Part shown: one piece after another, positions 34,673 through 45,667 of the stretch
How positions within the stretch are numbered: the first letter of the stretch is position 1
Layout: every line of letters starts with the position of its first letter
From: Perkinsela sp. CCAP 1560/9
Taxonomy: Eukaryota > Protista > Euglenozoa: Kinetoplastea
Direction of reading: 5' to 3'
Length of the DNA stretch: 64,000 nucleotides
Assembly: GCA_965644495.1 (NCBI GenBank)
Contig: CBFFSA010000008.1
Location: forward strand, 434,001-498,000
The notes under the pieces: generated by a model
Told to the model about the DNA's origin: nothing
Database searches by the model: none
The model's input: only the letters and a program-made list of their open reading frames with translations
Position numbers and translations under genes: made by a program

Positions 34673-34778
34673 GAGATAAGAAGAAATATTCGTACTTTCT
34701 AAAAATCAATGTAGTAGCATTATTCATGCTTGAACTGAGTTATTCTATTAAAATAATTTTGCCGTGGTTGTATAACTA

Positions 34779-35078
34779 CACCCCCTTTCATTAATAATGA
34801 TAATTGGAAAAACATTTTCACCTCGGACTGTTAAAATTACTCAAAAAATGATCAAAAACATTTCATTCCATCGTTACTCCTCCATGTCACCTCGAGGTTT
34901 TTTCCATCATCTCTTTAATCTTGTCTTGTTTTTTCCCTTCGTAGACAAAGAATCATCCTACACAGATGTATGTTTGTTTCTGATCACCCCTTATTGCGTT
35001 CGTAAATAACGATAATGATAATAATAATAATCTCAGAAAAATTATTATTATCATTATCGTTATTTATGAGAGGGGGTG
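34779..35078. mobile_element. TA-flanked 300-bp MITE
   Basis: TA|CACCCCCTTTCATTAATAATGATAAT ... ATTATCGTTATTTATGAGAGGGGGTG|TA; internal long AT hairpin at 35001-35068. Confidence 0.78.
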
Positions 35079-35668
35079 TACCGCTCTACCCTCGATTAGT
35101 GAAAAAAAAGTGAACAAAAACGGTGAAAATATGAAGAGAAACACAGTAATATAATAGAAGAAAAAAATATAAAAGCGGGCCCCGGTGGTCCAAAACTAAA
35201 AAAAAAATTGAAAAAAACGGGGGTCTAGGGGGGGGTCCATGAGGGGGGGGCATACGTCGCTATTTTTTTTTGGCATTTTTTGTTTTCCAAAATCGAGCGC
35301 AGGGAAGTGGTAGAGTAGGCCGCGGCGATGACTTTCCACCCCCCCCCCACCTGGGGGTACCCCCCCTGGTACGCGCAGGAGGGATCCGACAAGGTGAAAA
35401 TTTCCGAAATTTTTGGGATGACAAAAAAAAAATTGACCCAAAGAAAAGAAAAATATTTTTTTTCCAAAATCGACTCCTAAAACGTATTTTAAGAGTTTTG
35501 GACCTCAGCTACCATTTTACAAAGTTTTTTTCCACAGATTCGCCTCCCACCACTACTGGCAAGGCATCAAAGACGGCCCAAATTTGGATTAAGATTTCAC
35601 AATTTTTGGCGGAAGATCGCGCTTTTTCACCCAAAAAACTAGATTATTCATGATCTTTTGGCGATTTT

Positions 35669-35781
35669 TCTTTTTTAGGCTCTTCGTTAAACGCGGTGGT
35701 AGTTTTCAACGTGAAGCGCGCATCATGGATGACTTCTAAGTTGAAAACAACTACCGCGTTTAACGAAGAGACTAAAAAAGA
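35669..35781. mobile_element. Short hairpin/MITE-like element, copy 2
   Basis: Same arms as 9054-9160 (GGCTCTTCGTTAAACGCGG...CCGCGTTTAACGAAGAGAC). Confidence 0.8.
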
Positions 35782-35893
35782 TATTCATACTTGACCGAAC
35801 ATAAAATATACGCGGTGGAAGAGATGAACTAGTAGAACCATACTTCGACCGAAAGTGGCAAAAGTGTAAATTACCCCCCCACCACCTGAAAAC

Positions 35894-36667
35894 TTACAAC
35901 ATGACATTGGCCGGTGTGACATGCGGTATGGTTCCGTTAATTTTATTGTGTCTGAGATCCAAACTCCACAATGGTGAAGGCAATTCGCGCACATCAACAA
36001 CGCCTTCGAATTTGTTGTTGTGTAATGAAAGAATTGCGAGGTTCTTGGGCAGGTGCTTCAGTATCAGCTCGCCAGAAAACTGATTACGATGTGCTTGAAA
36101 TTCTAAGAGTTCTGGCGGGAGACACTGCAACGTGAGTACCCCACAAAGTAGATTATTGCTCACGTTAATCGCTTTCAAAAGGGGTGGAAATGCGTCAGCG
36201 TCTATACTTCCTGTAAATTCGTTAGCAGAAACGCTGAAAAGTGACAATGTTTGGGGTAGATTCCCACAGCTAATATTTCCTTGAAAGGAATTGCTTCTAC
36301 AATAAAATGTAGACAGGACACGCGGAAGCACCTCCCACTCCACGATTCCACTAAAACGATTGCCCTGTATGTCAATGACCTCCACCGTATCCGGCAGATA
36401 TTGCCACAAGAGAGGTCCAGCAAAACCGATAAGAATCCATTGAATAGATTGTACTAATCTATGCTTCGTACATAAAACTCCTTTCCAAGAACAAGCGTCG
36501 ATATCTGTATTCCAGGACTCGTGCGGGTTTTCAATTTTATGTGTAAATCTTGCCAAATCGTACTCAGTAGGAAGCGTTGCACCTCGCAACCGTCCCACTC
36601 TGCTACTGTTTTCCATTATAGGGGGCAGACCTTTCAAAGTAAAAATCCAGACTATCAAAAGCCACAT
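35894..36667 (-). CDS. Leucine-rich repeat protein
   Basis: ACSWKGVLC cap and LPxxLxxLxxxxNxFxG repeats. Confidence 0.9.
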   Translation of the reverse strand: MWLLIVWIFTLKGLPPIMENSSRVGRLRGATLPTEYDLARFTHKIENPHESWNTDIDACSWKGVLCTKHRLVQSIQWILIGFAGPLLWQYLPDTVEVIDIQGNRFSGIVEWEVLPRVLSTFYCRSNSFQGNISCGNLPQTLSLFSVSANEFTGSIDADAFPPLLKAINVSNNLLCGVLTLQCLPPELLEFQAHRNQFSGELILKHLPKNLAILSLHNNKFEGVVDVRELPSPLWSLDLRHNKINGTIPHVTPANVML

Positions 36668-36810
36668 GAGTTCAAATTAATCCTATATCACCATATTTCG
36701 AAATGATCTACATGTGCACAGTATAAATTCTATTTTACATACTGTAAAATGCTAGCAGAGCAGAAAAACTTCGAATCAGATGCTCTGCGTCTGGAACTTC
36801 AGCAACCTAT

Positions 36811-38541
36811 TCACAAAGGACAAGAACAGCCCATCATGCAATGACGAATGATGGCGCGCATGTACGCGTCCATGAAATGGTCTAGAGGTGTGATCTCCGA
36901 TACCTTTTGTGACAATGATTGGAAAACTTCTTCCGAATCCGATGTAGTATGATACGGTATACCGGAGATCGAAAGCAAATGAAATGTGCCAAAAAATTCA
37001 AAAGACCTCATCAAAGGAGCCATCTCAGGGATCAATAACTCTTGCGGCGTGGCACTTGAGACTCGTCGACAGCGTGCTGGAGAGCTTCTCGTACTCCCAG
37101 CGGGACTGACATCGTTTGAGTCATTTAGGACAGAGTCAGAAATTAGTGAATATGTCACGCGCTTGTGTTTTTCCAGATCACTCCAAAACCACGTTGACAC
37201 TTTGCGGCGAGCTTCCTCCGCGGCTCCTACAATAGTTTCTCGAGCATTGTCGATCGCATTTAACGTGTCCCGAATCAGTTGCCTAGGAGTGTTGTGTCCC
37301 ATGGCGATTCGTGGAAATAAGTCCCCACGGTAGACAAAATGGTGAAAATAGCATGACGCGTTCATAGACTTCACATAGTCACGGAGCCTGTGGTTTCCGA
37401 TCATGGGTGTTCCTGCAGTGACACAGTACAGTTTACCGTAGAGCTCATCAAAATGACGGGAGAGAAGGTGAACCGTCGCCAAGGCAGCGATTGCACCGCC
37501 CAGTGAGTGTCCACAGTAAACTACGGTAAAACCGTCGCGTGCCCAATCGAGTACTTCGGGAATCACCACACGATTGGCTTCGGCCAGGAATCCGCTGTGC
37601 ACTTTGTACCGAGGACGCAGACTTATGCTGTGACAAACCCCAGGGGTGTCTCCTACACAAGGCCTTGCCATACGAACATGCGCCCGACTGATTTGCATAT
37701 CTGTCAGACCCGTGCGTGCGTCATGGGTTCCTGGAAACGCAACATAACGAATACGACCCGGTGACTCAAACACAGAGTAACGTTGACTCGTAGAAATCAC
37801 CCGGAGTTTTGTGGAGGCGGGAAGAGCATGGTGAAGGAGGCATAGCTCTGGGTAGCGCGGGTACTCGTAGCACATGCCGGCACAGATGAGAGATAACGTA
37901 AGAATGCGGTTTACCTTCGGATCTGGAACCAAATTTGCGGTATACAACGTCGGTGGGGGAGTGCGCAGCCGGACATGTGTGTCATTTGAGGTCCCTGTAA
38001 TCGACCTTGAAAGCTTCTTCATTTTCCACCAGGGCTCATTTTCTTCGTACGGTACATCTACGACCCGGTCATCATAGGGTGTGAGTGGGATCGTCGGGAG
38101 GAGGCACTCAGGACATGTCGCAGAGTACGAAAGCGAGGGACAAAGTTCTCGTTGCACACAGCATTTTCCTGCGTCACATACTTCCAACAGAAGCAATAAT
38201 CCACTTTGAGGTGTATCACACAGAGCATGATCGTACATGAGCAGACGCGAGAGACTTTCTCGCATTGCACACCGATCGCAGACATGGGCCGGACTGGCAG
38301 TGATGCCAAGAGAGGTGTACCTAGCGCGAGAGCGACAAGCCGCACACACGGCTTTCATACATCGGGCACAGTGATTTCTTTGTCGATAACTTCGTGTGCA
38401 GACGCTGCAAGATAAGCAAGTACAGCGTCCGACGGTATTGAGACACGTATTGCATTGCATTCTCGTCATGTCGCGCTGCGGAGAACGGGAACCAAGTGAA
38501 AGAAGATCCATTTTCCGTACAGCATAAAATAAATTTCCCAT
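36811..38541 (-). CDS. FYVE-like zinc finger plus class 3 lipase
   Basis: RNHCARCMKAVCAAC...VCDRC; VHSGF and CGHSLGGA; C-terminal DH. Confidence 0.85.
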   Translation of the reverse strand: MGNLFYAVRKMDLLSLGSRSPQRDMTRMQCNTCLNTVGRCTCLSCSVCTRSYRQRNHCARCMKAVCAACRSRARYTSLGITASPAHVCDRCAMRESLSRLLMYDHALCDTPQSGLLLLLEVCDAGKCCVQRELCPSLSYSATCPECLLPTIPLTPYDDRVVDVPYEENEPWWKMKKLSRSITGTSNDTHVRLRTPPPTLYTANLVPDPKVNRILTLSLICAGMCYEYPRYPELCLLHHALPASTKLRVISTSQRYSVFESPGRIRYVAFPGTHDARTGLTDMQISRAHVRMARPCVGDTPGVCHSISLRPRYKVHSGFLAEANRVVIPEVLDWARDGFTVVYCGHSLGGAIAALATVHLLSRHFDELYGKLYCVTAGTPMIGNHRLRDYVKSMNASCYFHHFVYRGDLFPRIAMGHNTPRQLIRDTLNAIDNARETIVGAAEEARRKVSTWFWSDLEKHKRVTYSLISDSVLNDSNDVSPAGSTRSSPARCRRVSSATPQELLIPEMAPLMRSFEFFGTFHLLSISGIPYHTTSDSEEVFQSLSQKVSEITPLDHFMDAYMRAIIRHCMMGCSCPL

Positions 38542-38870
38542 AAAACCAACTTTACGAACGGTAATGTTTCAAAGTCAAACCTTGGCCCCTACAGGGTAAC
38601 ATTCTAAAATGAAATCATTAGAAATAAAGAGACGCATTCCAGCGAATCTTAGCTTATCTACCACTGTTGTGATCCGGACGAAAAAAAATATTTCAGAATC
38701 TCAACGGTAAGGTAATTCTTAAAGATATTACCATCTCCGTTGTGATCGACAATATATCTGTAACTGCAGAAATTCAAAGCTCATTACTGTGTCTACCTTT
38801 TGTAGCATCATACGAATGCGAAAAAAAGAAGTACTCTTTCGAAGAACATCTTGCAAAATACATCTCCCCA

Positions 38871-39845
38871 CTATCGTCGTTTCTTCAGAAAATCAAAAAT
38901 CCTCTCCCACACCCGTCGCGCGACCAGCAACGTCTTATGCTGCGTCGTCGGCGAATCCCGTGGAATCCGCATAATCGCCACATTCCACATCGTCACCGCA
39001 GCCTCCACCTTTTCCTCCTCAAAACACAAATGAAACCCCAGCACACGGCTGAGGATCTCCGCCACACTCAGCTCCCCCCCTTCCCCCTCCTTGGGGAACC
39101 ACCCCGTAAACTGCCACGTCCTCCCCGAGACGAAGCACGCGGCCACGCTCCCCCAGTCCCCCACCTCCCGGGGGTGGTCCACCACGACGAACGGCCCGGG
39201 GCCCGGGACCCCCATCACGTGGGCGGGGCTCACCGCGACCGCAGGGGGGCGGGCCGCGAACCCCGGGGTCGAGGGGGGGGCGTAGTGCCCGCGGGAGAGG
39301 AAGCCGTGGATGTTGGTGAGATTCAGCGCGGTGGTGGTGGAGGGGGGGACGAGCAGTGTGATGGGGGGAGGGGAGGGGAGGGGCCGGGGGGGGTGGGGGA
39401 GCGCTCGTGAAGAAGTCAGTTGTAAAGAAACCGGTTGTGAAGAAGTAGGCTGTGAAGAAGAGGTCCTGGAGAGCGTAAGCTTATCTCCGGTGGTGGAAGC
39501 GGGAGTGGTGAGAATAGATATTGTGTTTTTTCCATGGGTGAGGGTTTCTTGTGGGGCTTCTTGTGTTGGTGAGTGGGTTGTGGGCTTGGTGTGTAGGCTT
39601 TGTTCAAGACGTTCCATAGCGTCGTCGACGAGTTGAAGGATTTGTTTTGCGGGTCCAAGGTGGGCCTCGGTGGCGTTTTCGGGGGAGTGTGTCATGGCAT
39701 AGAGCGGGTCTTTTACGAAGAAGGGTTTTTCGGATGCGGCCAAGCGGTCCGTTGCGGCTTGTTTTAAGGACGGCGTCAAGGTTTGACGACCGAGCACAAC
39801 CTCGCGCCATTCCTGATAAAACGCATCGTCTGTAGAAGGTATCAT
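38871..39845 (-). CDS. CDC73: CDC73/parafibromin-like Paf1 complex subunit
   Basis: PITLLVP...LNLTNIHGFL, ACFVSGRTWQFTGW and GFHL. Confidence 0.85.
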   Translation of the reverse strand: MIPSTDDAFYQEWREVVLGRQTLTPSLKQAATDRLAASEKPFFVKDPLYAMTHSPENATEAHLGPAKQILQLVDDAMERLEQSLHTKPTTHSPTQEAPQETLTHGKNTISILTTPASTTGDKLTLSRTSSSQPTSSQPVSLQLTSSRALPHPPRPLPSPPPITLLVPPSTTTALNLTNIHGFLSRGHYAPPSTPGFAARPPAVAVSPAHVMGVPGPGPFVVVDHPREVGDWGSVAACFVSGRTWQFTGWFPKEGEGGELSVAEILSRVLGFHLCFEEEKVEAAVTMWNVAIMRIPRDSPTTQHKTLLVARRVWERIFDFLKKRR

Positions 39846-40130
39846 GAATAAGAAATAGGAAATCGAACAAATGTCTTCTAAGTGTGCTATGAAAAACTGA
39901 TTGCTTGTTCAAGCGACATAATAAGTTCGTTAGAACAACAGAATGTTTTCTACTTTATACACTTTTAAGCTTTTGAAACAGGTGGTAGTAATAAATGGAG
40001 CCGACTGAACTGATTTACTATTCTAGTATTTTTATAATAAAATGAATCAATAATTCTTCCAACTTCGTTAGCTTATCCTTTAAAATGATCGTCTGCACCG
40101 CGGGCTTCAGTGCGGTCTTACGCTCCGAGA

Positions 40131-40616
40131 TTACTGTAGCATTTTTTGTGTGGTTGGCGAAACGTTCTTTCCCAATACTTTCATAGCGATGCGGTCGCAG
40201 TCTTGACGGGCATTTTTAGTGATAACGCGGCCCCCATCATCGGACTTTGCGAGTAACTTCAGCTTCTCCAGACTGTGCAACACGTGGCGAATCACACCAC
40301 CTGAGGCTTTCCGGAAGTGCAACGGTCTGGATTGGCCCCATGTGTTGCCGAACACTTTACGCAAGCCACCAATGCCAGTGAAGGGGCGGATGTACACACG
40401 GCGAAGTATGGCTGCCGCCTTGACGTAGAACCAGTCAGGGTCTTGAGGGGGGAGAATGCGCGACGTACCGGTCTTTGCGTAGTCTACGAAATCCGGAATA
40501 TCCAGCTGTCCTTGCGCCTTAAGGTGGTCAGCGAAAGCCTTGATCCACAGACTCGCTTCTACATCCTTGATTCCCACGCCTCCACGTCGACGAGTGGTGC
40601 GAATGTTCTTCACCAT
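40131..40616 (-). CDS. RPS19: 40S ribosomal protein S19 (eS19)
   Basis: KDV, AKTG, PQDPDWFYVKAAAILRRVY and DCDRIA. Confidence 0.96.
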   Translation of the reverse strand: MVKNIRTTRRRGGVGIKDVEASLWIKAFADHLKAQGQLDIPDFVDYAKTGTSRILPPQDPDWFYVKAAAILRRVYIRPFTGIGGLRKVFGNTWGQSRPLHFRKASGGVIRHVLHSLEKLKLLAKSDDGGRVITKNARQDCDRIAMKVLGKNVSPTTQKMLQ

Positions 40617-41504
40617 GAATATCCTTCTTTGTTTAAAGTAAAATGTTCTTTGTCAAGTCTAAAAGATTGAACAATGAAAGTTTGCACAAACATGGACATT
40701 TCACTAATTTAAGGGCTGCATGCATTATACGTAGTGAAACCACGTATGATAACATAACAAAAAATATGCAATTCAACTACTAGTAATACTAACTAAGTAC
40801 TAGTAATAGAATAACATGTGGTTCCTTTTTTTAAAAGGTGGTTCACTCATTAACACACCTACATGTATTTCGGTGTGTTAATAAGCGAAATGTGCTAATA
40901 CGTTCATCTCATAGCAGCAGTAATAATTTTTGTAATAGAAATTATTAATAATTTTTATTATTATAAGAAGGTGAATTATTAATAATTATTATGAGGACTT
41001 CTTTAGCCCTCATGGGGCGTATAGTAAGCGTACACATGTGTACATCTGGATATTTCAGAAGAGATTCTCGTCTCCCATTTTGTATGTCAAGCCCATTCGA
41101 TACAGTAGCAAATGATATTCCAGGTTTAACCACGTTAATAAAATTCGTTTAAAAAGGGAAAAACGAGGACAATGATAGGAAAGCATAGAAAAAAAACTTT
41201 GTAAACGAAAAAAATCGAAAACGAAGGTAAGATTCAAAAGAGGTGTACTATTTTGAAATCGCGGTATTACAAAGGTAAATAATTATACGACTCAATGTTA
41301 TGGTCATTGCTTGAGAATTTTAAAGCCCACTGCTGAAAATGCAGAAACAGTTTTTGATTGACTCTCACTGCCAACGTCTAACGTAGCTAAAGAGTTTCTC
41401 TTTTTTTTCGAAAGTCTGTGTGAACGATGCGGATATCCTCGTTCTGCACTACCGCCCTACTTCCTACTTTTAGATTGTCCAAGGAAATACCAGCGAAGTG
41501 TAAC

Positions 41505-42390
41505 TTTTTTTTTTTTTTTTTTTTTTTTTGCAGCAGATCTGTATGTCACGTAAAACGAGCAGCCGAAGAACTAGACGCAACCTGGCACATCTCTTTTTTT
41601 TTTATTTTTTTTATTTTTAAAGATTATATTTTTCTTTATTTAAATCTTTTTCCTCTTTTTAACAACTATATAAAAACTAGCAAACCAACTTTCCCACTTC
41701 CCAACCTTCCCACTTCCCAACTTTCCCACTTCCCAACTTTCCCACTTCCCCTTACCGAACTTCCACCTTTCCAGGGAGGGTAAGGTCTCCCTCTGCCTCG
41801 CCTCGCACCTACGCCACAAGAGGGTTTTTGATGATAAAGAAGGGGGGAGGCGAGGTCTTCTCCAATCCATTCGCGCTCCCATCTTCCTCGTGCATGTTCC
41901 GAACCGGGTCTTTTTTTTTTTTTTTTTAAATAAGACACAGTAAAAATAAAAACAAGCAATCCAGACCCAATCCATTCGCGCATTTTTTTTTTTTGCAGTT
42001 AATAAGGGGGGAGAAGTATGAATCGCGGCATTGCCTCTATATTTTGACCCAGTAGACGAACCAAGTAGGTCCATTGGGGGGGAATACGAGTTGAAAACAA
42101 GTAAATTTTTTTTTTTTTATATGATTTTAAAACAAGCAATCAAATTAGCAATTTCATATTTTGGAGCCCAAAACTAGCAATTCGATCTCCCGTAAGTATA
42201 AGAACATTAAAAACAATAACAATAAAAACAAGCAATATATGCCCAATCCATTCGCGCGTTCCGGACCGGGTCTTTCGACCTCTCCACGGCCTGACTTGTG
42301 AACCCTTCCCTTGTTATATGGGAGGGCGCAGGCGCGGGCCTGTGTCGACAGCGACACGGTCGCGAAACAGGATGCTGGCCGACGGGGAGG

Positions 42391-42421
<31 letters not shown>

Positions 42422-42790
42422 GCAATTAATAAGGGGGGAGAAGTATGAATCGCGGCATTGCCTCTATATTTTGACCCAGTAGACGAACCAAGTAGGTCCA
42501 TTGGGGGGGGTATACGAGTTAAAAACAAGCAATCAAATTAGCAATTCTTTTTGTTTCCACAGAGGTACCTTTTGTTTTTTCTCAGCCCAAAACTAGCAAT
42601 TTAATCTCCCCTAAGTATATACTACAAACAAGAAACAGTAAAAACTAAAACAAGCAATACAGACCCAATCCATTCGCGCGTTCCGGACCGGGTCTTTCGA
42701 CCACTCCACGGCCTGACTTGTGAACCCTTCCCTTGCTATATGGGAGGGCGCAGGCGCGGGCCTGTGTCGACAGCGACACGGTCACGAAAC
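41505..42790 (-). mobile_element. Stack of four related poly(A)-tailed SINE-like units
   Basis: Units 42394-42790, 41983-42393, 41911-41982 and 41505-41910 each end in an A-tract on the minus strand and share GCGCGAATGGATTGG; units 1 and 2 are near-identical in blocks. Confidence 0.75.
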
Positions 42791-42835
42791 TTTTTTTTTT
42801 TTTTTTTTTTTTTCCTTCCTAATCCCATCGCCCAG

Positions 42836-45667
42836 CTAGCCTCGTACCCCGCGGCGGTACCAGTCCTGTACTGCCGCCTGTACAATCTGGGCATTACCTT
42901 TCTGGATGGCCACCCCTATGGCCATCAGAAGGTGGGACATGCATCCGTTCTTGTCGGATGAGTGAGCCCGGGCCACCTTGGTTAGGAAGTTCAAAGTCTC
43001 TGGGCCCGGGATCCCATACGTGGTGAATGCCAAGGGGTAAAATTCCATCCCTCGGGCGGTCGCCATCTCATCGTGTGAGCGCCGCTTGTTGGCCTCTGCC
43101 ATCCTCAGGGTATGAGAGGGCTCTGCGGCCTCCTTCTCCACGTAGGACGGGGCCAGTGGGTTCACCACGGTGACATCAACTAGGGCAGTCTTCCGTCCCA
43201 GCTGGAAGCATATGTCGGGCCCCCGTCCATTGTCGAACCTCGGTTCGTGTAGGTCCGGTTTGAAACCATACTGCACAAGAAGGTTTCGAAAGGTTTCCTT
43301 GACCTCCTTGTGGCGGGAGGCCTGGGTCTTCCCCTTAACCTTTTTGCAATCCAGTGCGTGTACGCAAAACTCCTCATTGCGGAGGGTTGCACCGCACACG
43401 CACTGGAGCTCAGGTTCCGAGGTGGGGGCGACCAAGTACCGGAGACGGGCCGCAGTCTCCCACTGCGGGTCCCGCATGTAATACTCCGGCCTGTTGGGCC
43501 ATGCGTTCATCCACTTAGTGGAGTGAATGTTCTGGGTCTGTCGCATGCAGACCAGTTGGGTGGCCGTCGGGGCTTTCCCCAACGCGGCCTCACAGAGGTT
43601 GCGCCGCTGTTCCTTGGCTGACATGCCTTGGGGTCGGCCCTGTAGGGCGTTCTTCGCCTTGGCCTGCATGTCTTCCGCCTTGTGCGCGAAGGGGATGGTC
43701 CCCAGGAAATCTGCCGTGAAAAGGTTATTGGAGAACGGCGTTTTTCCCAAGGAGCCCATCCCCCCGAGCAAGGCCTCAGCACATGCCAGGACGGCTTTGT
43801 CGACCTGGGTATTGGCCACTTTAGTGACCGGGGGGTCGTGGGTCCTTACGATGTAGTTCCATCGAGGACTCCCACAGAGTCTTAAAAGGGGCAAGGCGCA
43901 TTGCCTGCTAATGTCCTTGAGTTTCCCCAGGAAGGAGATTACCTTGGGGGCCTTGGAAAGCACCCATTCTTCCTCCCTAGCCTCCGACACCCCGATGAAG
44001 GCCCCCAGTAGTTTGACCCCCCCGGGGGAGTGGACCATGCGAGATCCGGAGAACTCGGAGAAGAGGTCCTCGCGTCTGGTAGCTACTTTGCATTTAGCAG
44101 TATTTAACCGTAGCCCAAGATGCTTCAGCTCCTCGCGGAGGGCCTCTAGGGCTTCCGCGCAAACCTTGGGTTCACCAGCAAAGGTGACGTCATCCAGGTA
44201 CGCCCAGACCTTCAGCGTGCCTGTGAAGTTGGCCGCCACTCTGGCGATTGCCCCCTGGATCCCTATGGCAAATAGGATGGGAGCCATGGGGTCGCCCTGC
44301 TTGACCCCCCTTGAGCTCGTGATGCATTGGCCTTCCCCAAGGTGAAGGGTACTGGTGGTGCCGTAGCTGAACAGGGTGATGCCCTCAATGGGGAGGAGTT
44401 TCGGATCCCCCCTTACCGCCCTAAAAATTGCCGACCGTGAGATGCTATTAAAGGCGTTCTCGAGGTCTGCCGCCACGATGACCTCCTTCGGCCTGTCCCT
44501 GAAGTGCTGTCGCACATTATAAATTATGTGCTCACACCCCTGCGTGTATTGGGCTCCAAACTGGATGCCCTGAAAGTAAGTGGGGAGATGTTCCCGGATT
44601 TTCTCCAGGGCAAGGAGCCCCGCCACCTTGAGGATGCACTCTCCCATGGCGATGGGCCTGTAGGAAGAGTGGTGCCCCGCCGGGGAGTCCGGTTTGGTGA
44701 ATAGTTTTAAGGACGCCCCCGTGAGAAGTTCCCTCATTGAGGGGGGGAGGGAGTTGGTCATTATCCCGTGGATTATCCACGTGATACACTCGCGGGGTCC
44801 ATCTTCCATGAGGACTGGGACAAGCAGTTCCTTGGTCCATCCCGTAGGTCCGGGGGCGCGGATAGGGGCCAGGATTTGAGCCTTCCTGGCCACATCGGCG
44901 GGGGAGGGTAGGGTTCCGTGTCGGTCCCTGTTGTACCTGAATTTCCCCGCAGTGTAGGGCCCGCCTGTGGGGTGTAGACGTTTTGCCTGTTCTAGGGCCG
45001 CCGTGGGGTTGGCCGGAGGATTGAGGGGCGCCTCCATCGTTTTGGCCGCCCTGGAGAAGCAACCCGCCCTGCACAATTCCTCGACCCGTTTTTTGACAGA
45101 CCACGGGGGGCCGTTGGCCTGACTCGGGGATGGAGCCAAGGTCTCCGAACCCTCTAAATGGGCGCGCATTCTAAGTTCGCGCGCTAGCTGGCGTTGCGAC
45201 AGCTTGTCCTCGGGGAGGAAAAGGAAACGTTTAACGGCGAGGAGGAGGTTCCAGGCTATCTCGACCTTGCCCTCCACCGACTTATTAATAAAATCGTGGC
45301 ATACACCGGCAGTGTATTCCTTCCAAGCCGGGTATTGGAATGCGTACAGTTTACGTAAGGACCCCCTCCCCAGGAGCTCTGCTAAATTTTCGGGGGAAGG
45401 GGCTTGTCCACGCACCTCAACTGGAGCGCCCTGGGTTGTCGGGGTGGATTGCTTGTTTCGTGTGGTGGAAGACACTCCCCCCACCTCCGATGTCCCCCCC
45501 TGTCCCGTCGTCCGCTGAGAAGTTTTGGGCACATTGGCGGCCGCCGCGATGTGCTCGATCAGGGTCCCGTGAGAGTGCGGGGTTGGCCCCCCATTACAAT
45601 GGGATTCTGGATACGGGCCAGCTCTGCAGCTGCCAGCCTCGGCGCGATCCTCGCTGGCGTCCGGCAT
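42836..45667 (-). CDS. Reverse transcriptase plus restriction-like endonuclease (CRE clade)
   Basis: APGPTGW, YRPIAMGE, DLENAFNS, GVKQGDPMAP and YLDD; CxC...H...C knuckle; RH, PD, D-V-T and K residues of the RLE motif. Confidence 0.95.
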   Translation of the reverse strand: MPDASEDRAEAGSCRAGPYPESHCNGGPTPHSHGTLIEHIAAAANVPKTSQRTTGQGGTSEVGGVSSTTRNKQSTPTTQGAPVEVRGQAPSPENLAELLGRGSLRKLYAFQYPAWKEYTAGVCHDFINKSVEGKVEIAWNLLLAVKRFLFLPEDKLSQRQLARELRMRAHLEGSETLAPSPSQANGPPWSVKKRVEELCRAGCFSRAAKTMEAPLNPPANPTAALEQAKRLHPTGGPYTAGKFRYNRDRHGTLPSPADVARKAQILAPIRAPGPTGWTKELLVPVLMEDGPRECITWIIHGIMTNSLPPSMRELLTGASLKLFTKPDSPAGHHSSYRPIAMGECILKVAGLLALEKIREHLPTYFQGIQFGAQYTQGCEHIIYNVRQHFRDRPKEVIVAADLENAFNSISRSAIFRAVRGDPKLLPIEGITLFSYGTTSTLHLGEGQCITSSRGVKQGDPMAPILFAIGIQGAIARVAANFTGTLKVWAYLDDVTFAGEPKVCAEALEALREELKHLGLRLNTAKCKVATRREDLFSEFSGSRMVHSPGGVKLLGAFIGVSEAREEEWVLSKAPKVISFLGKLKDISRQCALPLLRLCGSPRWNYIVRTHDPPVTKVANTQVDKAVLACAEALLGGMGSLGKTPFSNNLFTADFLGTIPFAHKAEDMQAKAKNALQGRPQGMSAKEQRRNLCEAALGKAPTATQLVCMRQTQNIHSTKWMNAWPNRPEYYMRDPQWETAARLRYLVAPTSEPELQCVCGATLRNEEFCVHALDCKKVKGKTQASRHKEVKETFRNLLVQYGFKPDLHEPRFDNGRGPDICFQLGRKTALVDVTVVNPLAPSYVEKEAAEPSHTLRMAEANKRRSHDEMATARGMEFYPLAFTTYGIPGPETLNFLTKVARAHSSDKNGCMSHLLMAIGVAIQKGNAQIVQAAVQDWYRRGVRG

